Positions 50,213-63,512 of a stretch of DNA of 64,000 bases are shown piece after piece. The position numbers and the translations under genes were made by a program. The stretch comes from Octopus sinensis. Taxonomy: Eukaryota. Where the stretch lies: positions 22,071,360 to 22,135,359 of the forward strand of contig NC_043019.1 in NCBI RefSeq assembly GCF_006345805.1. The letters are read 5' to 3'. Each line of letters begins with the position of its first letter. Positions within the stretch are counted from its first letter, which is position 1. The notes beneath the pieces were generated by a model that saw only the letters and a list, made by a program, of their open reading frames with translations, had not been told where the DNA came from and made no database searches.

Positions 50213-51479
50213 TGGGTGTAGACATCATTAAATCTTCTCTTAAACATTCTACTTGGTTGTTTCTTTCTCTTTTCCCCATTGTCACATATATGTATTCATT
50301 TTATATTTATTGTATCGACCGTGTGATGTACTAAGGAGACTCATTCTCGTTATATCACATCACGGTCATTACACACCTATTTACAATTGTTTCCTCCAAA
50401 TTCACTCTCTCCAATCTTGCCATACAATGCAATAATGCAAATACTGGCAAAAGTAATCGCCAATTATACAGCTATTGATTTTCCAGGTGTCATTGAAATG
50501 ACACAGGCTGAATTAGCCTCCTTAGAATAAGGTATCTAGGTTCAATACTCCAATCAAATTATTACTACACACACGTGTGTGTGTGAACATGCACATGTCC
50601 ACTCTTTCATACAAATATAATAATTGCCACAGCTACCAAACTGACAGCTGTTGCTGCATCAAGTAAAAATTCTCATGCCATCCCTTCTAGTTCCTCATAT
50701 TTTTAGTTAAAATCCTGCTGAGATCAAAATTGTCATTATTTTTAAAATCTGCCGGTCAAAGTGAAAAGATCCAATTTGGATCTTGTCTTTCCAGAGTTGA
50801 TAAATACAATATTAGTCTACAATCCAGTACTGGGGTGAATTCCTTTGCTTTAGGATAACGAAAAGAATGAAAGGGTAAATATTAACATTATTTCTCAACA
50901 TCTATTTTCTCCCTTTCTTACTATTGTTGTTCAATCCTGAGTCAGACCTATAATTGGACATTCCAACGATCACTACATTGTCTAATGTGCCATTTTTCTA
51001 TTTTTCTTAAGACGCTAATGTATAATTTAAGAGAGTGAGATTTGGCTGCTATTTCTAGCATATTAAGAAGCCGTTTGCAGACGCCTTCATTTCGCATACA
51101 TAGGTATTTAGCGACGTCGCTTTATTTTCTGGGATCGAATCACTTAGACGTTCTCCTCAATTCGTTGGAAGTCGATAAAAAACAATTAACAACTACCAGT
51201 AAACCAACAATAAATCCATTAACAAAAAGGTTTAACTAACGACGCTATTGTTCACCAATTGTCATACAAGATATCTAAGTAAATAGTTGGAGGGGAGATA
51301 ATCGACTACACCACCCAAAATGTGTGGCTCTGTGTTTATATTGGGAGTCAATCCCATCGAGGTGTTTTGGTGGTGGTGGTGGGACGATAAGGCAAAATAC
51401 CAGACAAATACTGGATCGATATAATCGATAACAGACCTTGTTAAAATGCATTACAGTACCAGATCAAATATCTGGCAAG

Positions 51480-51935
51480 TCTGGGACCGGAAGTGGCCTG
51501 GATTTCTGGTTGTTCCGGTATTCTGGATACAGTCTTGATATATACTTAAAATATAAGCATAAACTATGAAGTGCTAAATTGTATTTAACCGATTCAAATC
51601 AATACACTTCTATGGCAGGATTTGTTTGATGCATATTAATCCACTTAAAATATATTATAATGTATGCAATATAACGTTGAAAATTAAACGAAGAAAAGTA
51701 AAGAACATATCCGATTTTATTTAACAGACACAAGAGTATATTAATCCACTTAAAAAAGTGACCAATTGCAAAAGCAGAGTCTGGTAACCCAATACACGGA
51801 CGGTATATTACACGGTGTTGGACAGTTTACCGGATTTCTGGGAGCCGGATAAGAAGTCCGGCACTGTGTTTGTTCTGCAATCCATAGTGAAGCTCTCCTC
51901 GTTCGGGAGGTAGAAACAGTGTTACAAAATGGCAG
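51480..51935 (+). promoter_or_regulatory. Probable MYSM1 housekeeping-type promoter
   Basis: Locally CpG-retaining sequence; ETS-type CCGGAAGT at 51487-51494; YY1-like CAAAATGGC overlapping the start codon. TSS not determinable. Confidence 0.5.
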
Positions 51936-51981
51936 ACGATGTGGAAATCGACGTCGAGGGAGATTTTGACTTCAAACTCGA
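51929..51981 (+). CDS. MYSM1: MYSM1 exon 1 ([17 protein letters not shown])
   Basis: caaaATGG start context, GTGAGT donor at 51982, resembles the MYSM1 acidic N-terminus. Confidence 0.88.
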
Positions 51982-54900
51982 GTGAGTAATTTCTGCTTAG
52001 AATATGTTTTTGGAGACTGATTTTTTCATATTTGATGTCTTATAGTCGAAAGATAGTTACTGTGAGTTACTAAAATCTCTTATTTCATTTCTGTTGGCTC
52101 CCAGCTTCTCACATTCGTCTGTAAACTGAGATTTGGCAGGTGTCCGTTCAACTTCAAAACATCAAATCAAAGTTTTAATTATTATATTTGATGATACGAT
52201 TTTAATTAAAAAACATTCTTTGTTATCATGGATTTATATCTAATAGATATCTTTTTCGTTATTTAATTTGTTAATTCGAAAATCGAATTTGTTTTCTCCT
52301 CAGTATTTCGCAACTGCATGATAAAAACAAAAATAAAAGAATTAAAGAAATTTAAAGTATCTTCAGTCGGGCTTTATTTTGTGTTTAGTTTGTTCGGTTC
52401 TCTGAATTATAATCCTGATTTAGCTTTTTGTCATTCTGGTGCCAAGTAAAATAAGAATTTGCAATATCTTCCTGAAGATATCAATGTAGCCGATTATAAT
52501 GTTTAATCTAAAAAAGGGGGAAAAAATGCTTTGGTGATTGTCAAATGAAATCTGTTGCTTCACGTAAGACCGGATAATTGGATGGATTCTGTTTGTGTCG
52601 TCCCGTTACTCCCAAAATATCTGTAAATTATCCTCTCTCTCTTTCTCTTTCTCTGTTGTTTATATACTAGGAGCACGTATTGATCGTGTGTCTAAGCAAC
52701 CTCCGACATCAATATTTTGAAATTTGAATTTTTGTTTATTTTTTTTTGTTCTCTAATTTTCCAGTAAGTGGATGCTTATGAAAGGAATAACTGTCCATTA
52801 CTCAGTTTTTATTCGTTGGCACCTATTTTTAATAAAATCCTTTCTAGCCCACTCCCCCAAATACTCAGATTCTTTACGAAAGACGAACAACGTTCTCGAT
52901 TTGACAACAAATTGAATTTGATATTCATTTTGGTTTATGGTTACTAGTATAGATGAAGATAACTCCAAGTCAGCCCTGATCTAGCAGATTTTTGCTCGAA
53001 AGCATTTCAGCTGTGATCCTCTTGTTTGTCTTTCTGTGTGTGTGATACAGGACTGCATTATTCAATTTGTAATTTTTTCTTTTTGTATGATATGAGAAAG
53101 ATTCAGCTGCTATTTCTACAGATTAGAATGTTTTCTTCTTTTTATTTTTTATACATTATTTCACCTGTCTCGTGAGATGGGCGCAAATAATATGAATTTA
53201 CCAGAAAAAGGTACGAAATTTGCTGGGAGGAGATGCCAAAGTGTAAAAAATTAAATTTGTTTGACTAAAGATGCTAAGTGAGTTAAGTGAAAGCTATTTG
53301 GAACATCCATCAATCAGAGTTTAGAGGCAGGTGTAATAGTAAAAATTTATCTTTTTTTTTAAAGGTGGATGGTATGGGAAAGATTCAGAAAGATAGCAGA
53401 TCACCTAGAAGCTCTATATCTAACATGAAATGAAAGAGTAACCTGAGGGTTAGTTGAGTTTGAGATGGAATTTTGATTCCAGTTTGTATCATTCCATTAC
53501 ACTTTGTTATTCTTTCTCATCAGGCCAAAGACATTTTGTTTTTTGTTATCTTGGAGGGTGATGTCCTGTTTCCCCTCTTGTATCAGATCTCCAGTTAGTT
53601 TGACATGATCAACCAGCATTGTACTATCACAATACTCAACATTTCTTGAGGAAGGTGATAACAACGTGTAATGGAATGATACAAAGTGGAATCAAAATAT
53701 ATACACTGAATATACATAATCTTTATCCGCATTGTTTTATGCCCACTTTTCATGCTGGCATGGATTGGATGGATTGCAGGAAGACTGCTTCTTGCTTGCA
53801 TTTCATTTTTGGAATGATTTCTATAGCTAGACATCCTTCCTAATACTATCTATTTTACAGAATGTACTTGGTGTGTTTTTCATGGAACCAATACTAGAAA
53901 GGTAGGCATGTCCTTGACATGAGTATTCTAGCCTGTGTTAGTGGTAGACTTAATCCATCACCACCACATGGTCCTAGGTTGCTTTTAGCAAAGGTGTCCA
54001 TTCTGTTGTTGTAAGAATTTAAGTCAGGTCTGCAGTTTGAGGATATCTTCCTCCATCCTTCTCTTCAATCTTGGAGGCTGTTCAAAAGTCTTAAAAAACA
54101 TTCCTTTTCCCTTAGTGCAAAGAAATCATGAAAGATTGTACAGATGTGTTTTTTTAAAGGAAATCTGTTTGCCATTATTAAAAGATTGATTGAGAACCCA
54201 TTCTTTGTTTGTGATTTGAATGTTTAATTTCTTGTTTTTTCTTTTCATGTTCTCATTTTTAGACCAAATGGAATCATTGCATATGATGTTAATGAGTTAC
54301 CATCGAAAAGTGCCAATCTGTTACCAGAATACACCAATCCTCCATGGATGTTGGAACAAGTAGGTTGTTGTTGTTAATATGTCTTGTTTATAGATTCTTA
54401 TGTTGAGAAAAAACATCAGATGATGTTGATAAGGATGCTGATAGCACCTCACTCCCAATAAACGGTAATTGCTCAGTCTTCTTGAAGTTCTGGATCTGCC
54501 ATATATACAGCTTTAAGAAATGGTGACTGGAGTGAAGCTAATCAACATAGATTAAACAAAAACTGGATTATGAGTCATTATATCCTTGTCCTTTTTTTCC
54601 CTGCTGGCTTGGGTTGGATGATACAGCAGGAACTGACAAGCCATGGGACTGCACTGAGCTCCAACATGCTTTGGCATGGTTTATACAGCTGGATGTCTTT
54701 CATAATGCCAGCCACGTTTTTCATGGCACCAGCATCCATGGTTATGAATATTTAACTGAATGTTTATTCAATACAGTATCAATGAATACAGAGATTAGTA
54801 CACGTGTATATATTTTTTTATTGTTTCTACAGTCAATTATTGCATATTTCTTTTTAATTTGTTCAGCTTTTCTTTATTCTGTCTGTGAAATGCATATTCA

Positions 54901-57900
54901 AAGCTTTGGTTGGCCCAGGCTATAATAGAAGCCACTTGCCCAAGGTGCCATGAAGTAGGACTGAACCAAAGACCACATGGTTGGGAAACAAGCTTCTTAA
55001 CCACATAGCCATCGTTTTTTATATATCTACTTTTTCTATCCGAGCATTGGTTGGATGAGACTGAGGAATTACAACTGTGTTTCGTGGTCTGCTACCACAA
55101 CAGCTCCTTTATAGGATCCAGTTAGCTCAAGACATCATCAGGAGGAACCACATCCGGTTTCGGCCCCTACTACTCTACTGTTTTGATATGGCAGCCCCCC
55201 CCCCCCTTTCGGAGGTGTCTTCAGCTCACGTGACACTGTCTCACCTTAACTGACCAGTGAAGGCACGTAGTTTTAGCCCGCGCATTCTCTAAACAACCGT
55301 CACCTGTCAGTTAGCGAAGCTGATTCAGTGTCAGCTTGTCTCACCTAATGATGTTATTTCCCGCCGGCATGTTATGACTTTCAAGCCATTTTCGGTCTTC
55401 CCGCTTGAGCCATATATAGAAGCTGGCTTTTTCGACCGCCCCCTGTACTCTCCTTATTAGTTTTAATGCATGCCTTAGCTTCATTACTATGGCAACAGTC
55501 CAGATACTTATTGATCAGACCACACATAATGTATGTGTGTGTGTGTGTGTATGGTACATTATATGCATATTACATTTGCTTTTAACTTTCTTTTTCTAGG
55601 GGTGGACTTTGGACAGTTGTATGGATGAAAAGTCGAAAGCCACAATTGAGAAAATGTTACAAGAAGAACAGTATCCTTTTCTTAATACACACAAAAAACA
55701 TACAGACTATACACCATTCTGTTATTGAAACATCAAAGTCCTTACCATCCTATCATCAGCTTAATATCTACTTTTCTGTGCTAGCAGGGTCAGGTGGAAA
55801 CTTGTTGAGATAGATTTTCTATGGTTCGAAGCCTTTCCTGGCACCAATTCTGACTTGTTTTTAAGCAAGACAATATTTCCCTATGGCTGGACTTCATTTT
55901 CATGAAAGATTGAAAGCAAATGACAGTAAACACATACACATACTCATGTCTTGCACACACACACACACACGCGCACACACACACACACGCGCACACACAC
56001 ACATGTACTTGTACAAGGTGGGCTACGTTATTATTATTCATTTTGTTCATCATGTACAAGTATGTGTATACTCTTTACTCTCTCTTTTTCACTCTTTTAC
56101 TTGTTTCAGTCATGTGACTGTGGCCATGCTGGAGCACTGCCTTTAGTCGAGCAAATCGACCCCAGGACTTATTCTTTGCAAGCCTAGTACTTATTCTATC
56201 GGTCTCTTTTGCCGAACTGCTAAGTTACGGGGACATAAACACACCAGCATCGGTTGTCAAGTGATGTTGGGGGACACAAACACAACACACAAACATACAC
56301 ACACATATATATATATACATATATACGACGGGCTTCTTTCAGTTTCCGTCTACCAGTCATTTTTTTCCATTTTAATGCATTATTTCGCTACCAAATCCAC
56401 TATCACGGCTTTGGTCGGCCCAAGGCTATAGTAGAAGACACTTGCCCAAGGTGCCACGCAGTGGGACTGAACCCAGAACCATGTGGTTGGTAAGCAAGCT
56501 ACTTCATCATTATTTTATTTTTTTTATTCAATTTTAGAAAAATTAAAGCATGTCTTAGACAAATCTGGAGTATACAGGACTTATTTTTGTGCATGACTTT
56601 TGGCCCACCCTGTATATGATGAGCTTATTGCTTCAGTTTCCATCTAACAAATCCACTGACAAGGATTTAGTCAGCTTAGAGCTATTATACAATAAATCTG
56701 CCTATGATGCCACAGACTGGAACTGAACCCAGAACCATGTAGTTGGAAAGTGAACTTTCTTAGTTACACAGCCGTTGGTAAACTTTATATATAAAAGAGA
56801 GGTTGTGTGTCTGTCTCCTACGATTTAGATTCCTAACTACTCCCACATTTTGCGGTGCAGTTTAACCAAAACCGGATATCTTATAGTCGTGATTCATATC
56901 GAGCCCTTCTGGGTATTAGTGCGCGTCTACGATGAGTCTACGATTTAAAAAAAAATTTACCTTCAGTTTTTTCGCTATTATATAAGGGAAGTAACTCTCT
57001 AAAAATGTCTATGATGAGTCAATGATTTAAAAAAAAAAAAAAACCATCATTTTTTTGCTAATTTTTGGCTATAACTCTCTAAAAATGCTTATATAGTTAT
57101 TTCCCTTACAAACCCGAGCAACGCCGGGCGATACTGCTAGTGTTTTATAATAGTTTAATTGAGTAAGGAGTGGGCTTTGCACTCATAACCCTTTTTTTAT
57201 GTTGTTAAGGTGTGATTTTGAAGCCTTATTTAGTTGGTAGTTCTAGGAAAGAGGAACGCTGCAAAGAAATTCCCCTGTTGGTTTGCATTTCAAGGTGTTT
57301 TCTTTCAATGTGTTAAGATATTACATGAATGGAAAAGGTGTTGCCAAAATAATTCATGAAAAATCGCCAAAAACTCCTGTCAAACGCAAACCAGTAACTA
57401 ACAAGAAGTTATGGACAGCCGATGAGAAGAAACTCTTTCAACAAGGATTGGTGAGTCTAAAACCTTGTTTGTTTGATTTATTCATTATCTCTTTTATCTT
57501 TTCTTTGTTTCAGTCACTAGATTGCGGCCATGCTGGGGCAATGCTTTGAGAGGTTTAGTTGAACAAATTGACTCTCTTACTCTTTTACTTGTTTCAGTCA
57601 TTTGACTGCGGCCATGCTGGAGCACCGCCTTTAATTGAGCAACTCGACCCCAGGACTTATTCTTTTGTAAGCCCAGTACTTATTCTATCGGTCTCTTTTG
57701 CCGAACCGCTAAGTAACGGGGACATAAACACACCAGCATCAGTTGTCAAGTAATGCTAGGGGGACAAACACACACACGCATATATATATATACACATACA
57801 TATGACAGGCTTCTTTCAGTTTCCGTCTACCAAATCCACTCACAAGGCTTTGGTCGGCCCAAGGCTATAGTAGAAGACTCTGGCCCAAGGTGCCACGCAG

Positions 57901-60900
57901 TGGGACTGAACCCGAAACCATGTGGTTGGTAAACAAGCTACTTATCACACAGCCACTCCTACGCCTCAGAATTTATTTTTTAAGTCTGGTACTTTGCTGA
58001 ACCACTAAGTACAGGGATGTAAACAAACCAACATTGGTTATCAAGTGGTGGGTGAATAAATGCAAATGTGAAGAAACACATGCACACACACACACACACA
58101 TAACAGACTTCCACACTGTTTGCCTCTGTCCTATTCATTCAGAAGGCAAATGCATTGGTCAGCCCAGGGTCATAAGATAAAACATTTGCCTAAAGTGCAG
58201 CACAGCCTGCTTGCACCTATTTTCATTTTTTTTAATTTTTCTTAATCTCTTGCTCAGTCTTGCTGCACAGTGCATTGCTGCAGCTGCCTTCCTCTCTGTT
58301 GGGCCATAAAAGTTTCTTCTGCAGTGTCTGCCAGATTCATTCTTTACATGTGTAGATAAGTAAGCCCTAACTCACCTGTTGGCTACCCTCACCTTCCAGT
58401 TGAAATGGTTTACCAGGATGTGACTCATTGAATGCAAACAGCTACTCGGAGCCACAGATGAGAGTTGGGAGCGAGGTGGAGACTAAAAAGGACAAATCAT
58501 CGCTAAAAGTGTGACAGATTCCCTTACTGTCAAAGGTACTACCCCCTCCCTGACAGCCCATACACATATATACTTAAATGATGAAATTATGCACAATTTT
58601 TGTCAGCAAAATTTTATTTCACTCACAAAGCCATTGGTCTATCTTGTACTACATTATCCTACTTGTCTCTTCTTTTTAAAGAAAACTGTAGTATATAATT
58701 TGAGAGAGATTTGACTGCTGTTTCATCCTGGTTGAGAGGTTACATAGAGGCTCTCTTGTTGATTCATTTTGTTAAGACTAACTTGATTATCGTTTTTCCT
58801 GCAGATAGCATCTCTGAGATATCTCTAACAGTAGTTTATCCTTCTAAAATTTTATTGAAAGCTTTCTGAACTTCTTTTGCCCTTTTCTTACTTCACATCG
58901 TTTTGCTTTCATTCAATTTTACTGGATAATTCTTTTTTCTAATTTTATGTTTTTTTGCTTTTCTTTTCTGATTTTTTTTTTTTTTTTGTATTTTAGGAGC
59001 TCTATGGAAGGAGTTGGAAAAAAATTGCTCTTCTCATTCCTGAAAGAACGAGTTTACAAGTGAAGAATTATGCACAGCACTATTTTAAGAATATGGTATG
59101 TTGTATTTAAAAAGTATCCTTAGCTGTGAGTCTTTATAAGGTGCGTAGCCATACAGGTGAGCCTGTACAGTATGTGCGTGTTTATGAGTTTGCATAATCT
59201 TATTTGCTAACTTGAAAGTAAACTTAGGTTACCTTCTATTTCAACATTCACTGCACATGGAAAAAAAAATATGTGTGCCATACATAAGGCTGCTATGTTT
59301 ACTGGCATCATCCATAATAATAATAATAATAATAATGAAATTATTGTATACAATAGGCGCAGGAGTGGCTGTGTGGTAAGTAGCTTGCTAACCAACCACA
59401 TGGCTCCGGGTTCATGGGCAAGTGTCTTCTGCTATAGCCCCGGGCCGACCAATGCCTTGTGAGTGGATTTGGTAGACGGAAACTGAAAGAAGCCTGTCGT
59501 ATATATGTATATATATATATGTGTGTGTGTGTTTGTCCCCCTAGCATTGCTTGACAACCGATGCTGGTGTGTTTACGTCCCCGTCACTTAGCGGTTCAGC
59601 AAAAGAGACCGATAGAATAAGTACTGGGCTTACAAAGAATAAGTCCCGGGGTCGATTTGCTCGACTAAAGGCGGTGCTCCAGCATGGCCGCAGTCAAATG
59701 ACTGAAACAAGTAAAAGATAAAAGAAAAGATAAAGATAAGTGCTCAGGTGCACCACAAAGGTAAGGTTTGTGGCCTAGTGGTAAGGGTGTTGCACTCACA
59801 ATCACAAGACGGTAGTTTTGATTCCTGGACCGGGCATTGCATTGTGTTATTGAACAGAACACTTCATTTCGTATTGCTCGAGTCCATTCAGCTGTAAATG
59901 AGTGACCATATGTTGGACCAGCATCCCATTTCAGGGGAATATTGTGATCTTGATCACTTATACACCATGGAAACCAAGTACCTGGCCTTGTGAGTCCTAG
60001 GACTTGAGGCCCTAGTGTCCAGGGATTGTTCGTGATAAGCACGACAACCCAGCAAATGTGCTTTCATTAGGAAAAAGAGTTGGAAAGTGAAGAAAATGGG
60101 AATACAAGAGAAAGTAAAAGAATACTTATTGTTTGGTGATTAACCCTTTAGCATTCAGGTTACTCAGTCAAATGTAATCCTTATTTATTCCCATTGTTTT
60201 GAATTAATCTTGCATTATATTTTACCACCGTGCCGGTAGCACGTAAAAGGCACCATCTGACCGTGGCCGTTTGCCAGCCCCGTCTGGCACCTGGCATGTA
60301 AAAAGCACCCACTACACTCACAGAGTGGTTGGCATTAGGAAGGGCATCCAGCCGTAGAAACATTGCCAGATCAGACTGGGCCTGGTGCAGCCTTCTGGCT
60401 TCCCAGACCCCAGTTGAACCGTCCAACCCATGCTAGCATGGAAAGCGGATGCTAAATGATGATGATGATTTGAGATTTCAATGATATGATTGCTTATTTT
60501 TAGAATGACATTGTAGGGTAGATGGGAGAAGCCAGATCTGGCTGGTCTGAACATAAAAGACACCCATTCCTCTATCATGCTTTCATATCCTTCAGTATTG
60601 TACCCTGCTCAGTTAAGAGGGCTTTGTCTTGCAGGTACTTCATGACCTCAATAGTGCTGGTGCTATACAAAACAGCACCCAGTGCATTCTGTAAAAAGTG
60701 GTTGATACTAGGAAGGGCATCCAGCTGTAAAAACCATGCCAAAGCAGACATTGAAGTTCAGTGTAGCCTTCAGGCTTGTCAGTCCTGATGATTCTTTCAG
60801 TTTCCTTCCATTAAATCCACTCACAAGGCTTTGGTTAACTCAAGGCTGTAGTAGAAGCTACTTGCCCAAAGTACAGTATCATGGAACTGAATCCAAAACT

Positions 60901-62374
60901 ACATATGGTTGGAACTAAGCATCTTAACCACACAGTCATACCTATTCCTCTTTTCTCATCAGAATAAATTAGTAATTAGCCTTTCTTTAATATCTTAAAA
61001 GCTACTTACTCTATTTTTGGTTTTTGGTATGTTTTGCTATATTATTTTCTTATTTCTTCTTCTTATTACAAATTTTAATCTAGTTGAAACAAAAGCCTAA
61101 TGTATCAGAGAAGCCGATAAGTTTGCTGCAGCATAATTCAATCAAAGACCCTCTGTCAACCACTCTAGCATCTGTGACCACAGCACAACCCACTGTTTAT
61201 ACTGTTAATACAAAGAGGAAAAAGCCTCCTTCCCATCAAAATGGTATGGTGTCACCACCTTGTAGTGTTGTTGTCAACTCCATGGACTTGATATCTGTTA
61301 ACAGCGACAAGATGAACATCTCCATCACCAACCTTGATGTTCTGACTCCACTTGACCAAAACAAAGCCACATTGAATAGTGAGTCTGAGGATGAAGACAT
61401 TGATGTTGACATTGAAAGTGTGGATAACTTGGAAAACAACCAAGTCTTGAACAATCGGTCAGCATCTCCAAACTCTGTCTATTTCGCACTTTTGAAGTCT
61501 GCCAACATCAAGAAACAGAATTGTGCAAAAGTGAAAAAGAAACTGCCTCCGTCTAATCCAGTCTGCATTAATGTAGCCCAGACCTGTGTCAATGGGAATT
61601 CATTGGTGAAACCTGATCCTGTGGTGCCATTGGCACAACCCTGTCCTCAGCCTGTTGATAATGATGCAGCTCCTGGTCCCGAAATTGACTGTGATACAGA
61701 TATGACAAAGAACCCACAAGATGAGGAACTGGCTTCACCAGCTGTAGATGAAACAGAGGAAATGGATAATTTTGACAGCCTTTGTAAGTTTAATCTTGTT
61801 TCTATGATTATTCTAATAAATTATTATTTTTCTGTTTACTTCACTTTTTATACTAAATGCATGCAGGCATGGTTGTATGGTTAAGAACTTTGTTTTGCAA
61901 TAATGCGACCCCTCCACACTTCCTGGTTCAATCCTACTGTTTGACATCTTGTCCAAGTGGTTTTATCTATAGCCCCAGTTCAACCCAGAAGAGATGGGAA
62001 CAGGAAGTCTGTCAGATGGACTAGGTCTGCTGTCAATTAATGGACTTAATCTAGCATCTGATTCAACACCACACTTGGCCCTTTACCTGTTTAATAGGGA
62101 CCACTCTGTTACAAGCATTTGGGCCACATTCTAATGCTGAAGATATCAAGATCTTATTTTCCCATCAACCAGTCTTGGAAGTCCTGCAAAAGGGTCACGA
62201 GTATGGTTCTTATTCTGCTAAGATATGGTGGCTGGTGGGTATGTGGTTAAGAAGTTTGTTTTGGAACCACATGATCTTGGGTTCAGTTCTGCTGTGAAGT
62301 ATCTTCAGCAAATGTCTTCCACTATAGCATTGGGCTGACCAACATGCGTATGTACTTGTGTGTGTGTATGTATG

Positions 62375-62412
<38 letters not shown>

Positions 62413-62604
62413 ATTTAATGAGTATTCTTTTCATTCAGCTGAAGACAAAGCAATCCCTTGCATAGTACCGAGTGAAGAAGTAGTCCTTGACTATGAACAT
62501 ATCAGTGAAGAAGAAAAAAAGGCTTTTCCAGAATTCTTTGATGGAAGACTTTCCAAAACACCACAACGATATTTGAAAATTAGGAATTACATGTTGGATT
62601 GCTG
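51929..62604 (+). CDS. MYSM1: MYSM1 histone H2A deubiquitinase (Myb-like, SWIRM, MPN), 5' portion; gene continues beyond the window
   Basis: Exons 51929-51981, 54263-54359, 55600-55670, 57318-57450, 58997-59095, 61084-61783 and 62439-62604 join in frame. N-terminus [12 protein letters not shown]; [26 protein letters not shown]; SANT domain [44 protein letters not shown]; SWIRM start [33 protein letters not shown]. The MPN/JAMM domain is not in the window. Confidence 0.94.
54263..54359 (+). CDS. MYSM1: MYSM1 exon 2 ([32 protein letters not shown])
   Basis: tttttag acceptor, GTAGGT donor, phase-compatible with neighbours. Confidence 0.85.
55600..55670 (+). CDS. MYSM1: MYSM1 exon 3 ([23 protein letters not shown])
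   Basis: ttctag acceptor; ends at U12-type donor GTATCCTTTT. Confidence 0.92.
55671..57317 (+). other. U12-type GT-AG intron (MYSM1 intron 3)
   Basis: Donor GTATCCTTTT is the U12 consensus; 3' end ttttctttcaatgtgttaAG has a degenerate branch-like motif and no long pyrimidine tract. Confidence 0.8.
56783..57140 (+). mobile_element. Non-autonomous Helitron inside the MYSM1 U12 intron
   Basis: 5' TTTATATATAAAAG; subterminal hairpin CCCGAGCAACGCCGGG; terminal CTAG followed by T. Confidence 0.8.
57318..57450 (+). CDS. MYSM1: MYSM1 exon 4 (YYMNGKG...[16 protein letters not shown])
   Basis: Start of SANT domain; GTGAGT donor at 57451. Confidence 0.92.
58997..59095 (+). CDS. MYSM1: MYSM1 exon 5 ([33 protein letters not shown])
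   Basis: SANT/Myb core; AG/GT boundaries, phase 0-0. Confidence 0.95.
59353..59739 (+). mobile_element. SINE family A inserted into a CR1 3' tail
   Basis: Flanks TTATTGTATACA | GTGCTCAGGTGCACCACAA reconstitute the CR1 terminus seen intact at 49901-49930. Confidence 0.85.
61084..61783 (+). CDS. MYSM1: MYSM1 exon 6 (700 nt, low-complexity linker)
   Basis: aatctag acceptor, long open frame (ORF 61084+), GTAAG donor at 61784. Confidence 0.9.
62439..62604 (+). CDS. MYSM1: MYSM1 exon 7 (start of SWIRM domain)
   Basis: ttcattcag acceptor, [33 protein letters not shown] donor. Confidence 0.95.
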
Positions 62605-63332
62605 GTAAGTGTTTCTTAGGGTTTGAAAAAAAGGGGTGGGGAGTTTACTTAGTCTTCCTTCCTTTACTGTTATGTGATCAATTGGCATGCTAGAGATAGC
62701 AGCTAAATCTGGCTCAAATCATAGCCAACAGTCTTAAAATCATGAAGGATACATAGAAAAGTTAGTCCTAGATGTAGATATAGTAGTTATATAGTTCCTT
62801 CCTGAGCCATGTGGACTCATAGGGCTGGTTTAGTGGATTCTCTGACATATGTACTCCCTGGGACGGGACTCTGGTCCATCGCAGTAGTCCTAGATATACT
62901 GCCTGAACTAAAGATTTGATGCTCGTGATTGGAATGCCTTTGATTATAGGTTTGTTCATTCGGAGCTCATCTGGAGGTAGACAACAATAACATGAGAGTA
63001 AATTCACCAGAGATGTTCTATTTCTGGAACTCGTTGTTCAAAGTAATTAGCAGTATCTTCATCATTACCATCATCATCATTTTATTGTTCACTTTTCCAT
63101 GCTTGCATGGATTGGACAGAATTTGCTGAGGCAGATTCTCTATAGTCGAATGCCCATCCTCCCATCAATCCTTATCTGTTTCCAAGTAAAGTAATATTTC
63201 CCCATGATCAGACATGTTTTCATGGAAGATTGAAAATGAATGAGACTGCTTGTTTGACAGTGACACTCATTTACATCTATTACAGTATCAAGGCAACAAG
63301 ACAATAACACAAACACACAGACATGTACATGA

Positions 63333-63366
<34 letters not shown>

Positions 63367-63481
63367 CATCATCATCATCGTTTAACGTCCATTCTCCATG
63401 CTAGCATGGGTTGGACGGTTCGACCGGGGATCTGGGAAGCCAGAAGGCTGCATCAGGCTCCGGTCTTATCTGGCAATGTTT

Positions 63482-63512
<31 letters not shown>

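Noticed and set aside
57298-57309. Alternative strong U12 branch site for MYSM1 intron 3
   Set aside because: No TCCTTAAC match was found within 40 nt of the acceptor; only a degenerate motif is present.
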